This document shows positions 25,567 to 39,627 of a stretch of DNA of 64,000 bases, piece after piece. The position numbers were made by a program, and so were the translations under genes. This DNA comes from Camelus dromedarius (lineage: Eukaryota), in the NCBI RefSeq assembly GCF_036321535.1, contig NC_087472.1, positions 100,008,001 to 100,072,000 of the forward strand, read 5' to 3'. Position 1 is the first letter of the stretch. Each line of letters starts with the position of its first letter. Under the pieces are notes generated by a model. It had not been told where the DNA came from, searched no databases, and saw nothing but the letters and a program-made list of their open reading frames with translations.

Positions 25567-28509
25567 GTAAAGAAAGGTTCCTTCCTGCCTTCTAAACCAT
25601 GAACTGCTTTGAGGTGTTGGTTGGATAGTACCAGCTTATGTTTAGCCCCTGAAACACTTGATTTTCGTGGTCCTAAACTCCCAAGGAAGAATCTCGTGTC
25701 TTTCCTCTTGATCAGGCTAAGCCAGATGTATTCAGGTGAATGAATGAACTTGAAAATTGAATAGATTCTGTTTGCCTTGGAGCCAGCTGCAGATTTGCAT
25801 GGCCCTGTCCCAGAAGGGCTCACCCAGAAGGTGGAAGGCAGCCTCCTTGGCGGGAGAACCCACCCTCCGTGGCAGCCCTGGCTGCAAAGCTCTGTGTCGT
25901 GAGGTCTCCCAGGAGGGGTTTTCAAAAGGCAGAAAAGGCCTAAAGAATGTTTACCGTCCAGATCAAAGACAGCATGCCTGAGAGAATTTTGTCTGTCTTG
26001 TTTGGGCCAAGAAGATCGGACGATTTTATCATCATTGCAGACAGAGCCCTGTAAACATCTCTGTGAAGTCACACAGCTTAACAGGGCCTGGACCAGATAA
26101 CTGTTCATGCTTTCATACAGTAGTACTCACCAGGTAGGGGATTGAAAAATCCACCTACTAAATTTAAGTAATTCCTAGAATGTATGGCCTTTTCTCTGAA
26201 GTGGAGGGTTTTTTATGATGGTTGAATATGACGAAAAGCAGGGCAGTCTTTAGAACGCATAAGGTACATTTATTCTTGCCTCCAGGGGAGCGGCAAGCAA
26301 TGTGAAATTCCCTTAGCACAGGTGTGACGGGCGAGCATCCGGGTGGCCTGAGTTCATGCAGGGCCAGAAAGCATTGATGGGGTGGAGGGTGCAGCGTGCA
26401 AAGGGGAGAGAGAGCCAGGGTTTAAGGTGGGAAGTAGGTCCTGGGTCCTGCTGCCTCTGGCCATCACAGAGCGAGAAGGGGCCATGGTGTTGCCCGTCCC
26501 CCATCCCCCGCCCCCAAGTGTGTCCATTAGTGATTGGTAGGATTTACCTTTGTAACCTTATAATCAAGGACAGTTACCTCTAAGAAATGGCTTCTAAAGA
26601 GCCTGAGCCAAAGATGCCAGGGAATTAATGACGCCAGAGGTTAAACAGCTTGCAAAGGTCAAATTATTTTCGGGAGAGAGCTTGGCCCTCTCAGTCTCCC
26701 CATATGAAAGTGGTGTGCTGGACAGTGCTAGAGCGCCTTTCTGGCTGATGGCCCAAAAACTCATCCATCTTTGCACCTGTGAACTATTCTTCTGTGAACT
26801 TATTTCATCCCTGTAGGTGTTGAACATGGCCGGAGGAAATCAGAGGAAGGGAGACGCCACCCTTCTCATTCCTTCCTGCCGAGGAAGCAGAGCGCTCCTT
26901 CCTTCTTTACTGCCCTGCCCCTCGCCCTCCTGGGCACTGCACGCTGCTTTCCTAGGCCCAGCGCAGTTCCTAGTTTAAGTCAGACCTCCAACCAAATACG
27001 TTCTTTGGGTGTGAAGCACGATATGAATACTTGGATTGTTGGCACAGATGCTTGGGTTTACTACCACAGGGCCGGGGGTGGAGCACTTTTCCCCTGTGAT
27101 GATAAAGTGACCACAGGATGAAACAACTGTCGGTCTTTGCAGTGAGGGTGCTCACTTTCCTGTTTTCGTTTTTGTTTGTTCACCCTCTTTTCAGTTGAAA
27201 ACCAGATGTACAGTAATATTTAGTAAGGTTTGGGGAAAAGAAAAAAACCCAGCATGGATGATGGTCTCTTATCTGAACACATCTATTTCTACCTTAACAT
27301 CTTATGGTCTAGTCCTTGTTGTTTGGTTGTATATGATGAGAACACATTCCTTCTGATTTCATTCTTACCTCCCCTCCCAGCCTGAGATCCAATCTGATAA
27401 GAACTGGAGAGTTCTAAAGAAAAGTCAGAGAGGGACTCTTTCCTGGTCCCACCTGCACATTAGGGAGAAAGGGATGGGCAGGCATGGAAGGCTACCTTCA
27501 AGAGTGTCCTGAGGATTGCATCTGATGTCCCTGGTTCCATAACTGAATGGATTTAGAAGCAGTTTGGACCCTGTGAAGCAGCTTACAAGTGTTATGATGA
27601 CATTTGCAAAATGAGCACTTGTCATCCTCACTGTCCACTTGGTCCTCTGACCTGGCTCGCACACTCATCCTGCTCCTCGGGCTCGAGCGCCCTTGTCACT
27701 TGGACACTTGCTCCTCCTGGTTTTGCCCTGCCCGTACTCCCAAGCCCAGCAGTGCCAGCACCTGAGGATTCAGCCTTCCTGCCTCCCAGCCACTTCTGTC
27801 CGTGGCAGAGCCAGGCCCAGACTGGTCTGCACCTCCCTGGGCTAGGGGAGCGGAGAGGCAGCCGAGCATCCTCCCCTTTCCTCTCCCCAGCACCTTCCAC
27901 AGCATTGGCGCTGGAGGGGAGCCCTGGGTGGCCAATGGAAGGATGCTTTCCCCAGTTTCAGTTTGAACTTGTTTCATCCCTGGCACCCCAACCCCTTCTT
28001 CGTATCCTCCTGTGACAGCGCTCTGCTCCAGTGAAGGCCCTTAGTAACCTCCTCTCCCTCACTGTGAGGTCCGGCTTGGTATCCGGGCACTCGTGTGGCC
28101 AGGTCGTCTGGCCACCGTCTGACTTGCTGGCCTTGCTACGTTGCCGTCCTGCGCGAACTCTCCCGGGCTGTCCCTTTCCTGCTCGTGCATCCTCCCTACC
28201 TTGACCCAGACCGTGTTCTCGTTGTGTGGGATGCTCTCTGCCTACCCATTAGCTGGTTTTCAATCGCTAATAATATAGCCAGTCTTAACTCATGCTGCGT
28301 CATGTGCTTGGGCCCATTTTGAGCTTGTTCCTTACAAAAAGTCCCTGAGGCTCTATCATTTTGTTTTTATTGTTATTTTATATGATCTGTGAAATCAGTT
28401 CTCTTGTATGCCTGTACTTCTACAGATTTTGACTTGTATTCCCGTAAAATATCTGCCAGCCTTGATCTAGTCTTCCAGTTTGTTAGAAACAGCATGTTAA
28501 AATGACAAG

Positions 28510-28690
28510 TACCACCTGGGCTGCCAGCTCAGAGACACCAGGGTTTGAGTCCCAGCTCCACCTTTCCTGGCTGTGTCTTTGGGTATGTCACTTACCCACT
28601 CTGAGACTCATTTTCTATCGTCATAAAGCTAAACGCACAGGGCTGCCATGAGGATTTACTAAGATGCTGTGTATAAAGTGCCTCTCGTGG
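28510..28690 (+). mobile_element. MIR
   Basis: gggtttgagtcccagctccacc..ggctgtgtctttggg..gtcactta..ctctgagactca..tgaggattta. Confidence 0.75.
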
Positions 28691-31600
28691 GGAGGGGCCC
28701 ATCAGTGGTGCCTGTAATCCTAGGAATTGTCAATTTAATTTTTCTGTCTCTGACCTCGGAAATGGAAATGCAGGGGCTCTTGTGGCTGGGTCCAGCTTGC
28801 TGCTGGGGGCTGGAATGCCGTGAAACGAGGTGGGTAACAGTGGTGAAAAATACACCTAAAGTAAGTAAGAATTCTCCTTGGGTAGGAATTTGCAATGGGT
28901 GATATTTCAGCAAGAACTGGGAAGGAAAACCTGCCATAAATATTTTGCCTGCTGAAAGTGGGGGAAATAGAATCTGAGTCTGTCAAACGCTGCTTCCTAG
29001 AAAATTCTTACTCTTGGTCTGAGCATAGGGATCGCCCAGAAGTTCACTTAGACAACTGTGTGCTTTTCGTATTGCAGAGTGGATAGTTTTGCCATGATTT
29101 GTTGAATATGCATTTTGATATGCTTCTTTATTATGAGTTGAGATGAAATTCCTCAATTTCCGTTCTCTAAATTTGATGGTTTTTCTGTAGAAGTTCTCGA
29201 TGTATCCTCTGTTCTGGTGCTGGTTTCCTTTTATAGTCAGTTAAAGTGGTTTCTCTTTGCCCTTCTTTTCTGAGCTGTGGCAGGAGTCACAGGGCAGACG
29301 TTGCCCTCATTTTTAGCCCCAGATTGTCACTTCGTATAGCTTTCTAGAAAATGAGTCAGACACCTTTAGTGGGTGCCTGTAAGCCCTCCTCGGTTCCTGA
29401 AATAATGTGCAAAGGCCCGAACTATTTGTGTGTGTCCCTGGAAACGAGGATGAAATGTGGCAATCCAAATGGTTTGTTTTTTAGTTTATTTATAAAGAAT
29501 TCTTGTGGATTTGGGAACATTTCCACGGGTGCAGAACACACCTGTGTTTAACTTTTATTTCCAGTCACTCAAAAATAGCTCCTTCGTCTGTGTTCCTGCC
29601 TCCCCCATCCCTGCCTTCCTGATTTGTGCCCAGAGCGTGCTTGAAAGGGTTCAGAAGCCTCCGGGTCTGGTTTCCAACCAGAGAAGCTCCCTGGAGAAGG
29701 ACTGGGAGCAGCCTGGTGGGGTCAGGAGGGGCTCAGCTGTGATGGTGGCGCCATTGAAGGATGCCTCTTGCCCTGGCCGCTGCCACTTGGGGCAGAGGGA
29801 GCCCATCTGTGGAGAGAAACAATGTCCCTGCCCTTGGCTGACAGCCCCTGGCCTCGGAGCAATGGCCCTTTCCTCCCAGCCCCCGACCCCCAACCTGGGA
29901 GGAAGGGCTTCCCACGTGACTCTAATGAACAAAGATCTTTGGGTATTTCTTATAAAAAGGCTCCCCAGAGTGTCTGTGTCTTAGACCCTTAATGAAGCAA
30001 ACAACCCTCCCCCTCCCTGCCCCGTTTCTTCATGGTATAAGCCTATTTGACAATATCAAGGTAAGCCCGAAGAAAGGTACTTTTATTGACTAAAGTCACA
30101 GAGTGGCAGGGTTGGAGGGACGGAGAAGGAGCCAGTGTTGATAGTCAGGGAAGAAAACCAATCTATGCGCCTCGCAAAAAGGGAACCCAGAGGAGTAGCT
30201 AAAGGTAGAAGTAGTATAAGGTCACCACTACGAAAAAATACCAACTAGGAATTTCCAAATATCTGGATCTAGACCTGCTGTGAGGGTGGAGTTAGGACTG
30301 AATACTAACTCACCAGCTTCCTCCATCTCTCCCGCAGCATGTTCCCCTCCCCACTTTCCCAGGCGATGGTTGAACCTTTAACTTAATAATAGCTCAATAG
30401 ACCTGCAGGACCATAGCGTCCCAACACAGGACCCTTCTGGGTGACTGGCAGCAAGAGCCCAGGACCCTTCAGCACCCCTCCTATTCCTCACGTGTCCCCG
30501 AGCGCATCCTCATAGCTGCCCTGGGAGTTAGGCAGGACCATGGGTGTTCGGTCCAGATCACAAAGGAGGAACAGGAGAGCCTGTAAGTGATTTTCCCAAG
30601 GGACTCAGAGCAAGTCAGCAGCAGAGCCGGCAGAGGCATCTCCTGACCCTGAATGTGGGGGCTGGCAGGGCGGGACTGCGCTGTTTCCTGTGGGGCTGTT
30701 GGATGCTTGTGGTAGGTGTGGTTCAGTCACTCCCCGAGGTGACTCTTGCCTACTTACTGAGTCACACCTTGTTACTAGAGATATCTAGGGCAAATGCCTG
30801 GGGTTTTCTTTCTAGATTAATGGCATTTTCATTACTTTATCAGGAAAACAATATGACCACGCCATCCCCCCTATCCGTTTCAGACATTTTAGTGTCCATG
30901 TCTCTGATCTCTTGGAGTCAGGATCAACCAGGACTTTCTGATTCCATCGTCACTACTACAAAAATGGAATGCTAGGGAATCAGATGATGCGCTCAGCTCA
31001 GGGCTGACTTTGGTTCTTCTTGTGCCCAAAGCCCTCCTCTCCCACTGTGTTCTTCTGCTTTCTTCCCATGCCCCGCCTATGTTGCCTTCCTCTTTTCTTC
31101 AGGACCTGGGTATCACTTAGTTTTCTGTTTGCTGTTACCATGAAAAAAAAAAGAAGAAAGAAAGGAAGGAAGGAGGGAGGGAGGGTAGAAATCCTGAGCT
31201 CCTTCCCAAGTCATTCTACAATGATAAGAGTTTTTGTTTGTTCTAATGTTTATTTTCCCTTCCTGCCTCCTTCCCATAAATTCATTAATTGTAATATTTA
31301 TTCATGAGAAGAATGTTTCCAAATCTCCTTGCTGCCCACCCCATAGGAAGTAAGGATGTTTCCTCACAGAGAAGTGGCTTTAGGAGTCTTGAGAAAGTGT
31401 CCCAGCTTGGTATAAGAAAGCCAATCAGCTAAATGGATTGCTGGCCTTGGCCCTTTCTCTCTGAACTGCTGAAGCTTTTAGCAGAGCTAAAATGTAGGAT
31501 TAAATGTGGTTTCAGGGGTGAGGAGTAAATTAGCAGGTGTCACCCTGAAAATGATGACATGCTGACAGACCCATTAGAAGGACGTGTTTTATGAGTGAAT

Positions 31601-33084
31601 GAAGAAGTTAAGCATAGGTCTGGGATCTTCTAGGTTTACACACGTTTGAAAAATGTCAGCATTCAGCAAATGAGTCATTTATGTCCTAGGATGCATTTCT
31701 TGCAGTATAGCCTGCCTTGTTAGACTGCATCTGTCCTTACTGAGGACAGCAGTCACAGTCTGTCTCCTCCTTAGAGTGTTAGAAACCCCAAGGAGTACAA
31801 TTTGCTGCTGTTTTATCTTCCTCTTTAAAGTAACCAGGACACCAGGACAGATGGGAAGATTCCTGGCACCATAAGTGTATCTGATCAAAACTCTTCCTCT
31901 TGAGCTTGTTTCCCATCACAGAGACACGGTTGAGGATGGGAAAAGTCAGACTTGCGGTGGGAGACAATTTCCCTTTAGTTTACCAGTTGACAGTCAAAAC
32001 ATTGCCACCCCCAAATTTTGATAATTGCAGATTTCTCAAAGACAGATGAGTTCGCAGTTGATACAAATCCCCAGATTTGTGTGCCTTCTCAAATTATATA
32101 AAACTGGCTAAAGGGACCCTGTGTTTGTTCAGCCTAATTGTCATCTCTCTCCTGAGTCCTGTGCTTTAGTGGCAGGGCATTAGTAATCCTTGCCAGAACA
32201 TCTTGGGATACTTTTTTCCTGCAACACGCAGAAAACTCTGCGGGTGTCTTAAGGAATTAGAGAAACTCTTCCTGTTTTCTATTTCCAAGCTTTCTATTTG
32301 TACTACTTTGAGAGGACTGTTCTGAGAATTAAATGAGATGTTGTGGCTGAAAGTGTTTTAGAGATATGAACGTTAAATTATAGTTATTGCTATGATAAGT
32401 TATGATAGGAAGAGGAAAAGACAAACGCCCCTTACCTGGAAGTTCTTTCTTGGTATATTGAACTCTCCTGAAATTAAGGTCAGCACGTAAGCGGTTTCCC
32501 TGAAATTCCCCTTTATTATTTATTTGAACTTTTCTTAGGATGAAAGTAATTCATTATGGTTGTGTAGACCCTATCTTATTAAAGTATCTCAAAGCTCTTT
32601 CCATTCATCTTTGCATTTTATTAGAATATACTTCTCTGAGATGGAAAGTGCCATGGGATACACTTTTAAGTAATACTTGAAAATTATGTAAGTAATACTT
32701 ATTCTTGGAGAATGAATGAGAAGAAAGCAGATAAATAGAGATACAAAGTAAAGTCAAAATCACCCATAACCTCACCACCTTCAGATACTGCTCTTAATAT
32801 TTGAGGTATATTCTTCCAGACTTTTTACACACACACACAATTATAGTTTGAAGTAAAAATAAGATCATATCATATGCACTCTTGTAATCCTCTTTGTCCA
32901 AGATATATCATGCCTAGCTTTGTCAGCATGGTTAAATGGCTCCTTAGCATCCTAATGAATGGAGCACTGCAATCCTCTTTTATGTTTTGCTTGTTTCTAA
33001 TTTTTCTGCATTTTAGACCATGTTGCATGTAGTCATCACCTTGTTTGTAAATCCATGTACACATAATTATTTCTGCCACTTTCT

Positions 33085-33267
33085 ACTACTTGTGTAGCCT
33101 TGGGTGGGCTGCTCATTCTCTCTGTGCCTTGGTTTCCACATCTGTGAAATGGGGATAACAGTACCTACCTCCTGGTGTTGTAAAGATTAAATGAGTTAAA
33201 GGAGGTAAAGCACTTACAATGCCTGGCTTATAGTATATTCTGTATAAATGTCAGCAGTTGTTATTAT
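33085..33267 (+). mobile_element. MIR inside a degraded L1ME-like stretch (about 32700-33560)
   Basis: ctctgtgccttggtttccacatctgtgaaatggggataacagtacctacctc..gtaaagattaaatgagtta..gcctggc. Confidence 0.85.
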
Positions 33268-33889
33268 TTCCTGATGATAATTGCTAAATGCATTGCTGCC
33301 TCAGTGTCTTTTAAAGGCATTTAAATGATGTTCTGAAAGATTGTGCCAATTTAGTCTCCCCCCAGGATTGTATGAGAATGTTTCCCTATTCTTGTCATCC
33401 CTGGATATTATCATTCTTTCTAATCTCTGCTAATCTGTTAGGTGTTTGCCTTTTAAAAAAATGATTCAAGTTGAAAAATTTATGTGTCATTTTCCAATTG
33501 ATTTTAATAAAAATACCATATATTCATGACATTAACCTGTCATCTTTCACATTACAACTGTTTTTTCTTAGTTTATGACTCACAGAGATATTTAAGAAAA
33601 TGTCATTAAAAATAAATACATTTTAGACTTAAAATTTCCCCCATTTTATAGTTAACTACATAGTGCAGTAAAATTCATCCTTTTAAGAATAGTTTTACTT
33701 AGGGCTTTTATATTTGAGTCCTAGTTGGAAAGGATAGCTGGCTATTAAATGCATTCCTTTTCTGTCTTCCTCAGGGCTTTCAGAGGTTCTATTTAAAGCT
33801 TCTGTCCTTACAGTATTTCTTTTATAGTGGCATTCAGAGAACCCCTGAGATTCTACATGGATGTATATAAGCATCCTCCTATCCTAGAC

Positions 33890-34199
33890 CAGGGCTTAGC
33901 AAACTTTTTCTGTAAAGGGCCAGAGAGTAAATGTTTTAGGTTTTATGGGCTATACAGGATCTATCTCAACTATGCAAAAGCAGTCATTGGTAGAAATGAA
34001 TGGGTGTGGCTGAGTTCCAATAAAACTTTATTTATGGACACTTAAATGTGAATTTCCTGTCATTTTCATATTCCTTGAAATATTATTCTTTCGATTTTTT
34101 AAAAGCAGTTGAAAATGTAAAAACTTCTTAGCGTGAAGACTGTACAGAAATAGGTGGCAGGCCAGATTTGGCCCATGGACTGTAGTTTGCTGGCCCTTG
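33890..34199 (+). mobile_element. MER58B-like hAT-Charlie MITE
   Basis: gcaaactttttctgtaaagggccagagagtaaat..ccaataaaactttatttatggacact..ggccagatttggcccatggactgtagtttgc. Confidence 0.88.
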
Positions 34200-34560
34200 A
34201 AATAGAATGTCTAGAAACAGACCTATAAAAATACAGCCAATTAATTTTCAACAAAGGTTCAAAGAAAATTTAAGAAAGGATAATCTTTTCAGGAACTGGT
34301 GTTGGTACAACTGAACATCGATAGGCAAAAAAAAAAAAAGAACCCTAACCTAAACCTAACACATTATGCAAAAATGAACTCAAAATGGACCACAGAGCTG
34401 CATATAAAACATAAGACATTAAAAAGTTATTTATAAAAACATAAGAGAAGAGAGTTGTTAGACATACCACCAAAAGCACAATCCATGAAAGAAAAACCTA
34501 CTGCATCGGACCTTGGCAAAATTAAAAACTTTTGCTCTGCAAAGATACTGTTGAGAGAAT
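34200..34560 (+). mobile_element. Old L1M ORF2 fragment
   Basis: ccaattaattttcaacaaagg..aatcttttca..tggtgttgg..caactg..aaaattaaaaacttttgctctgcaaagatactgttgagagaat. Confidence 0.8.
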
Positions 34561-36711
34561 GTGGTTGGTTGATCTGTGTTTCTTACAAGGCCAGCTGAGC
34601 CCTGGTGTTCAGTAAATAATTGCTTGATACGTAATTGCATGAATTTCAAGGACCTTGGTTTTGTTCTGAGTCTTCCTGGGAATATACTTTGTAATACAAG
34701 ACCGTGAACTCCCCCCCCCCAGCAGAGCCTTTCCCTGCACCCCACCTCTGTACCCCTGAACCCCCTCTTCCCCAAGGTGGCGAACAAATGTAGCCTCACT
34801 CCACCAGTCAGGCCTGGACTCAGCTGAGCAGCCTGAGGACCAGGATTTGACCTGGGAATTGTATATTTCGCCCACTGCCCAGGCCTGGAAGCTAAATTTA
34901 CTGTGTCTAGAGGAAGAGACTCCAAACAAATTTTTATGCCAAGGAATAAATTTTCCTAATAGTCTTAAAAGAAATGTAGATTTGTTTCGTGAAAAGGGAA
35001 GATAGAAGGTAAGAACTGACCAGTAGCTGCTGCAGCTGACTCGGATGTTCTTCATAATGACCAAGGCTGTGCCCTTCACTTCTTATTCCTTACAGTGCTT
35101 ATTTGCGAAATGAAGATACTCCCCTGCCTTCACGCTTACAGCCTTCATGTGTCTCCTAGACGTGGTATAGGAGCTAAGAACATCTCTTAAAACATAATGA
35201 AAGATGCTTTATAAATGCCAGTGTCTTTGTAATGAAGGAAAATGATTTGTTATTATATCTACTCTCCTTTTAATGGAAGAAGAGCATGTATTTGGATGCA
35301 GGATCAATATAGTTCTCTAAACATAAATGAAGATGAACACTCAGCTGTAGGATGCACAGCCTTGAGAAGTAAATTATGCAATTAGCCATAAGCTTTGGAT
35401 GAGCTGAAGGCGCCATTAGAAACAGCTTCTAAAATAAAGTATTAAGTGATCTTCTCAACATAAATGACGTAACAAGTCAAAAGTGAGAAGTTTCTATGAA
35501 AACATATTGTTACATAATTTCACCTACTTGATTATATTTAAAAGGACCCCAAAAATGCAAAAATGCTACCTTGGTGATTGACATTTTGTATATGACTTAT
35601 TCATGTGCCCTACATGTTCACGTCTCTGATCATTCTTAGAGCCAGATTACAAGTACACAGGAAAGGCCCTCCCTGCAAACACCTCCTTTTCACATGATTA
35701 CTGATTTTTGAAATAGATTTATGGGGGTATAAAGTCTTTCATTCTACTGTTAGAAAAAAGGCTAAAAGTATAAACATTTCCTGAGACTTCAGATTGTATA
35801 AGCTGCAAATGAAAGAATGAAATCAGTAAGCAATTCTTGTATAGTTGTTGTGACAAACTATACAGCCATGTCCCCAGCTCCAGGAGACGTCCAGTGTAAA
35901 TGGTGACCCTGGAGTTGGGCCAGTATGGCAGCATCTGTTGGGTGCTGTTCTCTGGCGAGGCTCCAGGTAGCAGCATCTTTTTCTGGGAGGGAAATAAGCT
36001 GTGAGCACTGGGGCCTTTGGGGCTTCTGCTCTGGGTTGTCTCCTGTGAAAATCCCCTCAGGCCTTCCTGATTCCTGTCTGCCTGCCTCTCATAATGCCTG
36101 TGAAAGCTCTGTTCTCTTTCTGGGAACTGAGATTTGGTTTCAGCTTTTTTTTCATTTCTTAGTGACATCTGGACTCAGAGGTTACTTCTGTAACATTTCC
36201 TAACCCATGTGCTCTGATTGGGTTATAGGAGTATAGGAGAGTGACACCCCCCACCCCCCCGCAGCTCTCCTGGGTGGATGTGAAGGGCCTTAGGTGGGTG
36301 GAACCCCTACTCTGGATTGATGGCCTCCAACAATGTTAGGCCTCCGGCCACCTGTCATCAAAACATTATCATTTTATGTGTGTGCTGTTACCTGGAAAAG
36401 ATTGGGTGGCACTAACTTAAATGCATATATTTAACTTTTCCATATAAAGATGTTTAACACTGACTCTACTTTTCCTTCGGGAATTCTCCACCTTCCTTGG
36501 TAGAGAAAGGTATATATGACGAGTAAAGGAAACTCCAAGATAATTAAAAACGCTTGTATGTATCTTTATTTCAGAAATTCTTTCTCTAGGACTTCTTTTG
36601 GGAATTAGACCTTGAAATAGCTCAGACTTTTAAAGAGAGCTGAAAGTCCTATTACATCTAGCATAAAATAAATTCACTCTAATTAAAGACATACTCTTTT
36701 AAAGTGAGAAT

Positions 36712-37505
36712 ATCCCTTCTGGTTGCGGCCATGTTGGAGTACAGGTTATTAGACTTACCCTCCTGCCATGGACAACTTTAAAATTGGACAAAATACATGA
36801 ACCAGCTGTTTTTAGACATTGGACAATGCAGAGCATTGAGAGAAGGGGGGGTGTAAAGTGAGTTCCACGTAAACCCTGGCTTTTTGCTTGGGGGCACTTT
36901 CTAAATTGCAGCACAGGGCACTGGAGCCCAAACAGAGAGCAGAAGGCTTGTTGGATAGAGGAAACAGGGATGGTACCTCAGGGCTGCTGAGGTGGATGGA
37001 CTTTTTCAGGGTAGGGAATTGCAGAGGAGCAAGCTGTGCAAAGAGAGAGCTCCAGAAGTCTATATATAGGGCTCCCTGGAATCTTTGGCCAAATACTAAG
37101 CTGTGTATCAACAGGGCAAGACTCCACCAGGCCCAGCAGAAAATGAATCTGGGGGGCAGGGGGCATGTGGGTGGGCTGTGAGCTGAGGAGATATCCCGGA
37201 GGTCACCAGTGAATGGAGATGTTGGAGTTCTGGCCAAGCAGAATAGAAAAAGTTTGCTGAACACACTTGGCATCCAATTGAGAACCCAGAACAGTCAGCC
37301 GTAACAATACCCTAGACCCATCCTAATGAAGCCTGAAACCAGGCTGTGACTGGGCAGGCTGATCTGCAAGTGACATGCCCACCTGAACGAAGCGCCACAC
37401 TCTTGTAAGGAAGACAGCAAAATCCAGTCCCTCTACAGCGTAGCATGCACGGTCACTGAGGATATACAGCCACACATTACCAGGTGTATGAAGAAGCAGG
37501 AGAAC
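36712..37505 (+). mobile_element. Ancient L1M 5'-end region (L1MC/MD/ME-type)
   Basis: ttaccctcctgcc..acaactttaaaattggacaaaatacatgaa..tttagacattggac..agagagagctccagaa resembles recalled old L1 5' UTR consensi. Confidence 0.55.
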
Positions 37506-38764
37506 ATGAGGTATGGTATGGGTAGCTTGTAGAAGACATGGCTTCATTTCTGAGCACAGTTTGCAAGCATCAGTACGTGTTTCAATTAATACTGACATGA
37601 CCAAGAGGAAGCTTGATTACTGCTTTTTGTGTGTTACTCATCCAATTTTTTGTTACCAGCTATTCAACATGTAAAATGAAAAAGTCAGAAGTTAGTACAG
37701 CAGAGCCTGTAAGCTCTCGCCCAATACGGTCAGTAGATGATCTCTTTGAGGTCATGCCTTCCCAGTACCGCAGAACAGTGAATGGCCACCTAAATCTCAC
37801 CCTCACCCGCCCTGGGATGTGGATGTTTGCGCTGTGACATTTTGTTGAGTGGGTTCGTCCCTGGGACGGTCTCCTCGGCTCCCCTCATTAACTATGATCT
37901 TCCAGGCATTTCTTGTGACATTGCGATAGACTGTAGTTCTCGTTTTTCCTGTTACCTCATAAACCGTGACATTGAAGAGCCTGCTCTAGTAACTGACTTA
38001 TGGGATGTTGGAAATTCTGAGCAGAAATCCCAGCCGTGCAGAATAATTGCATCTCTTGGGGAGGCGTTAACAAGCAGAGGCAGAACTGAGTGCTCCTGGG
38101 CTCCGGGTTCCATGAAGCTTTCTCTCAGCAGCCCCCCGAAGCTCCATGCAAAAGGCGTTCATTAGGAAGTATTAAACAGCACTTTTCATATTGCTGGTGG
38201 GATGCTGAGGGTGTGAGACCCCCTTGGGGCACTCAGGGGCTCACTTGACAGCCACACTGAAGTCTTACAACACTCACTTTCTCCTCTAATACTGTTTCGG
38301 TCATCAGAGAAGATCGTGAAAAACAGCCACGCTGGATAATTTTTGGGAAATTGGTACTAGGGAGTGTGGGGACAGCTAACCACTAGGAGAAGTGGCCAGG
38401 CAGAGTGCCTTTCTTTTTCATTTGGACCAGCAGGTGAAGCCATTTTCATCTGTCCATTTTTTTGTTTTGATGTGTTGATTTCTGAGCTATATATTCCTGT
38501 CCGAACTCAAATAGGGCACTTATGATGTCTGAGAAAATGTGGCCTCCCTTTTGAAGGTACTTTTAAGTTGTTACCACAAATATGAACAAATTAATAAATT
38601 CAGTACAGACCAACCAATAAACCTGGTTGTACAGGTGAAGGTTTCTTGGATAGCTAATCTAGACCTGCCTCTTCCTCCTTCAACTTGACTTGACTTCTAA
38701 TGTTTGAAAATTGAGAGAAGTAGATTAGCAGCCTGGGGGGAGATTGGGCCATCCATCACGTCAC

Positions 38765-38873
38765 CCATTCAGCCAATATTTATTCATAACCCGTACTTGC
38801 CAGGCACTGTGCTAGGTGTTTGGTGGGTACAGAGGTATAAAAATAAGATTTCTTGTTTTCAAGGAGCTTACCA
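38765..38873 (-). mobile_element. L2 3' tail
   Basis: cattcagccaatatttatt..tgccaggcactgtgctaggtg..tcaaggagcttac. Confidence 0.75.
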
Positions 38874-38878
38874 TTTTT

Positions 38879-39603
38879 TTTAACATTTTTTATTGATTTA
38901 TAATCATTTTACAATGTTGTGTCAAATTCCAGTGTTCAGCACAATTTTTCAGTTATTCATGGACATATACAAACTCATTGTCACATTTTTTTCTCTGTGA
39001 GTTATCATAACATTTTGTGTATATTTCCCTGTGCTATACAGTGTAGTCTATTCTACAATTTTGAAATCCCAGTCTATCCCTTCCCACCCTCCACCCCCCT
39101 GGTAACCACAAGTCTGTATTCTCTGTCTGTGAGTCTATTTCTGTCCTTTATTTACGCTTTGTTTTTGTTTGTTTGTTTGTGTTTTTGTTTTTTAGATTCC
39201 ACATATGAGCGATCTCATATGGTATTTTTCTTTCTCTTTCTGGCTTACTTCACTTAGAATGACATTCTCCAGGAGCATCCATGTTGCTGCAAATGGCATT
39301 ATGTTGTCGGTTTTTATGGCTGAGTAGTATTCCATTGTATAAATATACCACCACTTCTTTATCCAGTCACCTGTTGATGGACATTTAGGCTGTTTCCATG
39401 TTTTGGCTATTGTAAATAGTGCTGCTATGAACATTGGGGTGCAGGTGTCATCCTGAAGTAGATTTCCTTCTGGATACAAGCCCAGGAGTGGGATTCCTGG
39501 GTCGTATGGTAAGTCTATTCCTAGTCTTTTGAGGAATCTCCACACTGTTTTCCATAGTGGCTGCACCAAACTGCATTCCCACCAGCAGTGTAGGAGGGTT
39601 CAC
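38879..39603 (-). mobile_element. Young 5'-truncated L1 with perfect TSD (up to 20 bp)
   Basis: Unbroken ORF2 C-terminal frame 39192-39569 ending EKEKYHMRSLICGI*. TSD tcaaggagcttaccattttt at 38859-38878 and 39604-39623. Confidence 0.96.
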
Positions 39604-39627
39604 TCAAGGAGCTTACCATTTTTGAGA

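Noticed and set aside
25479..26108. 209-aa antisense ORF overlapping the SH3C exon
   Set aside because: No recognisable domain and no other support; probably a chance ORF.
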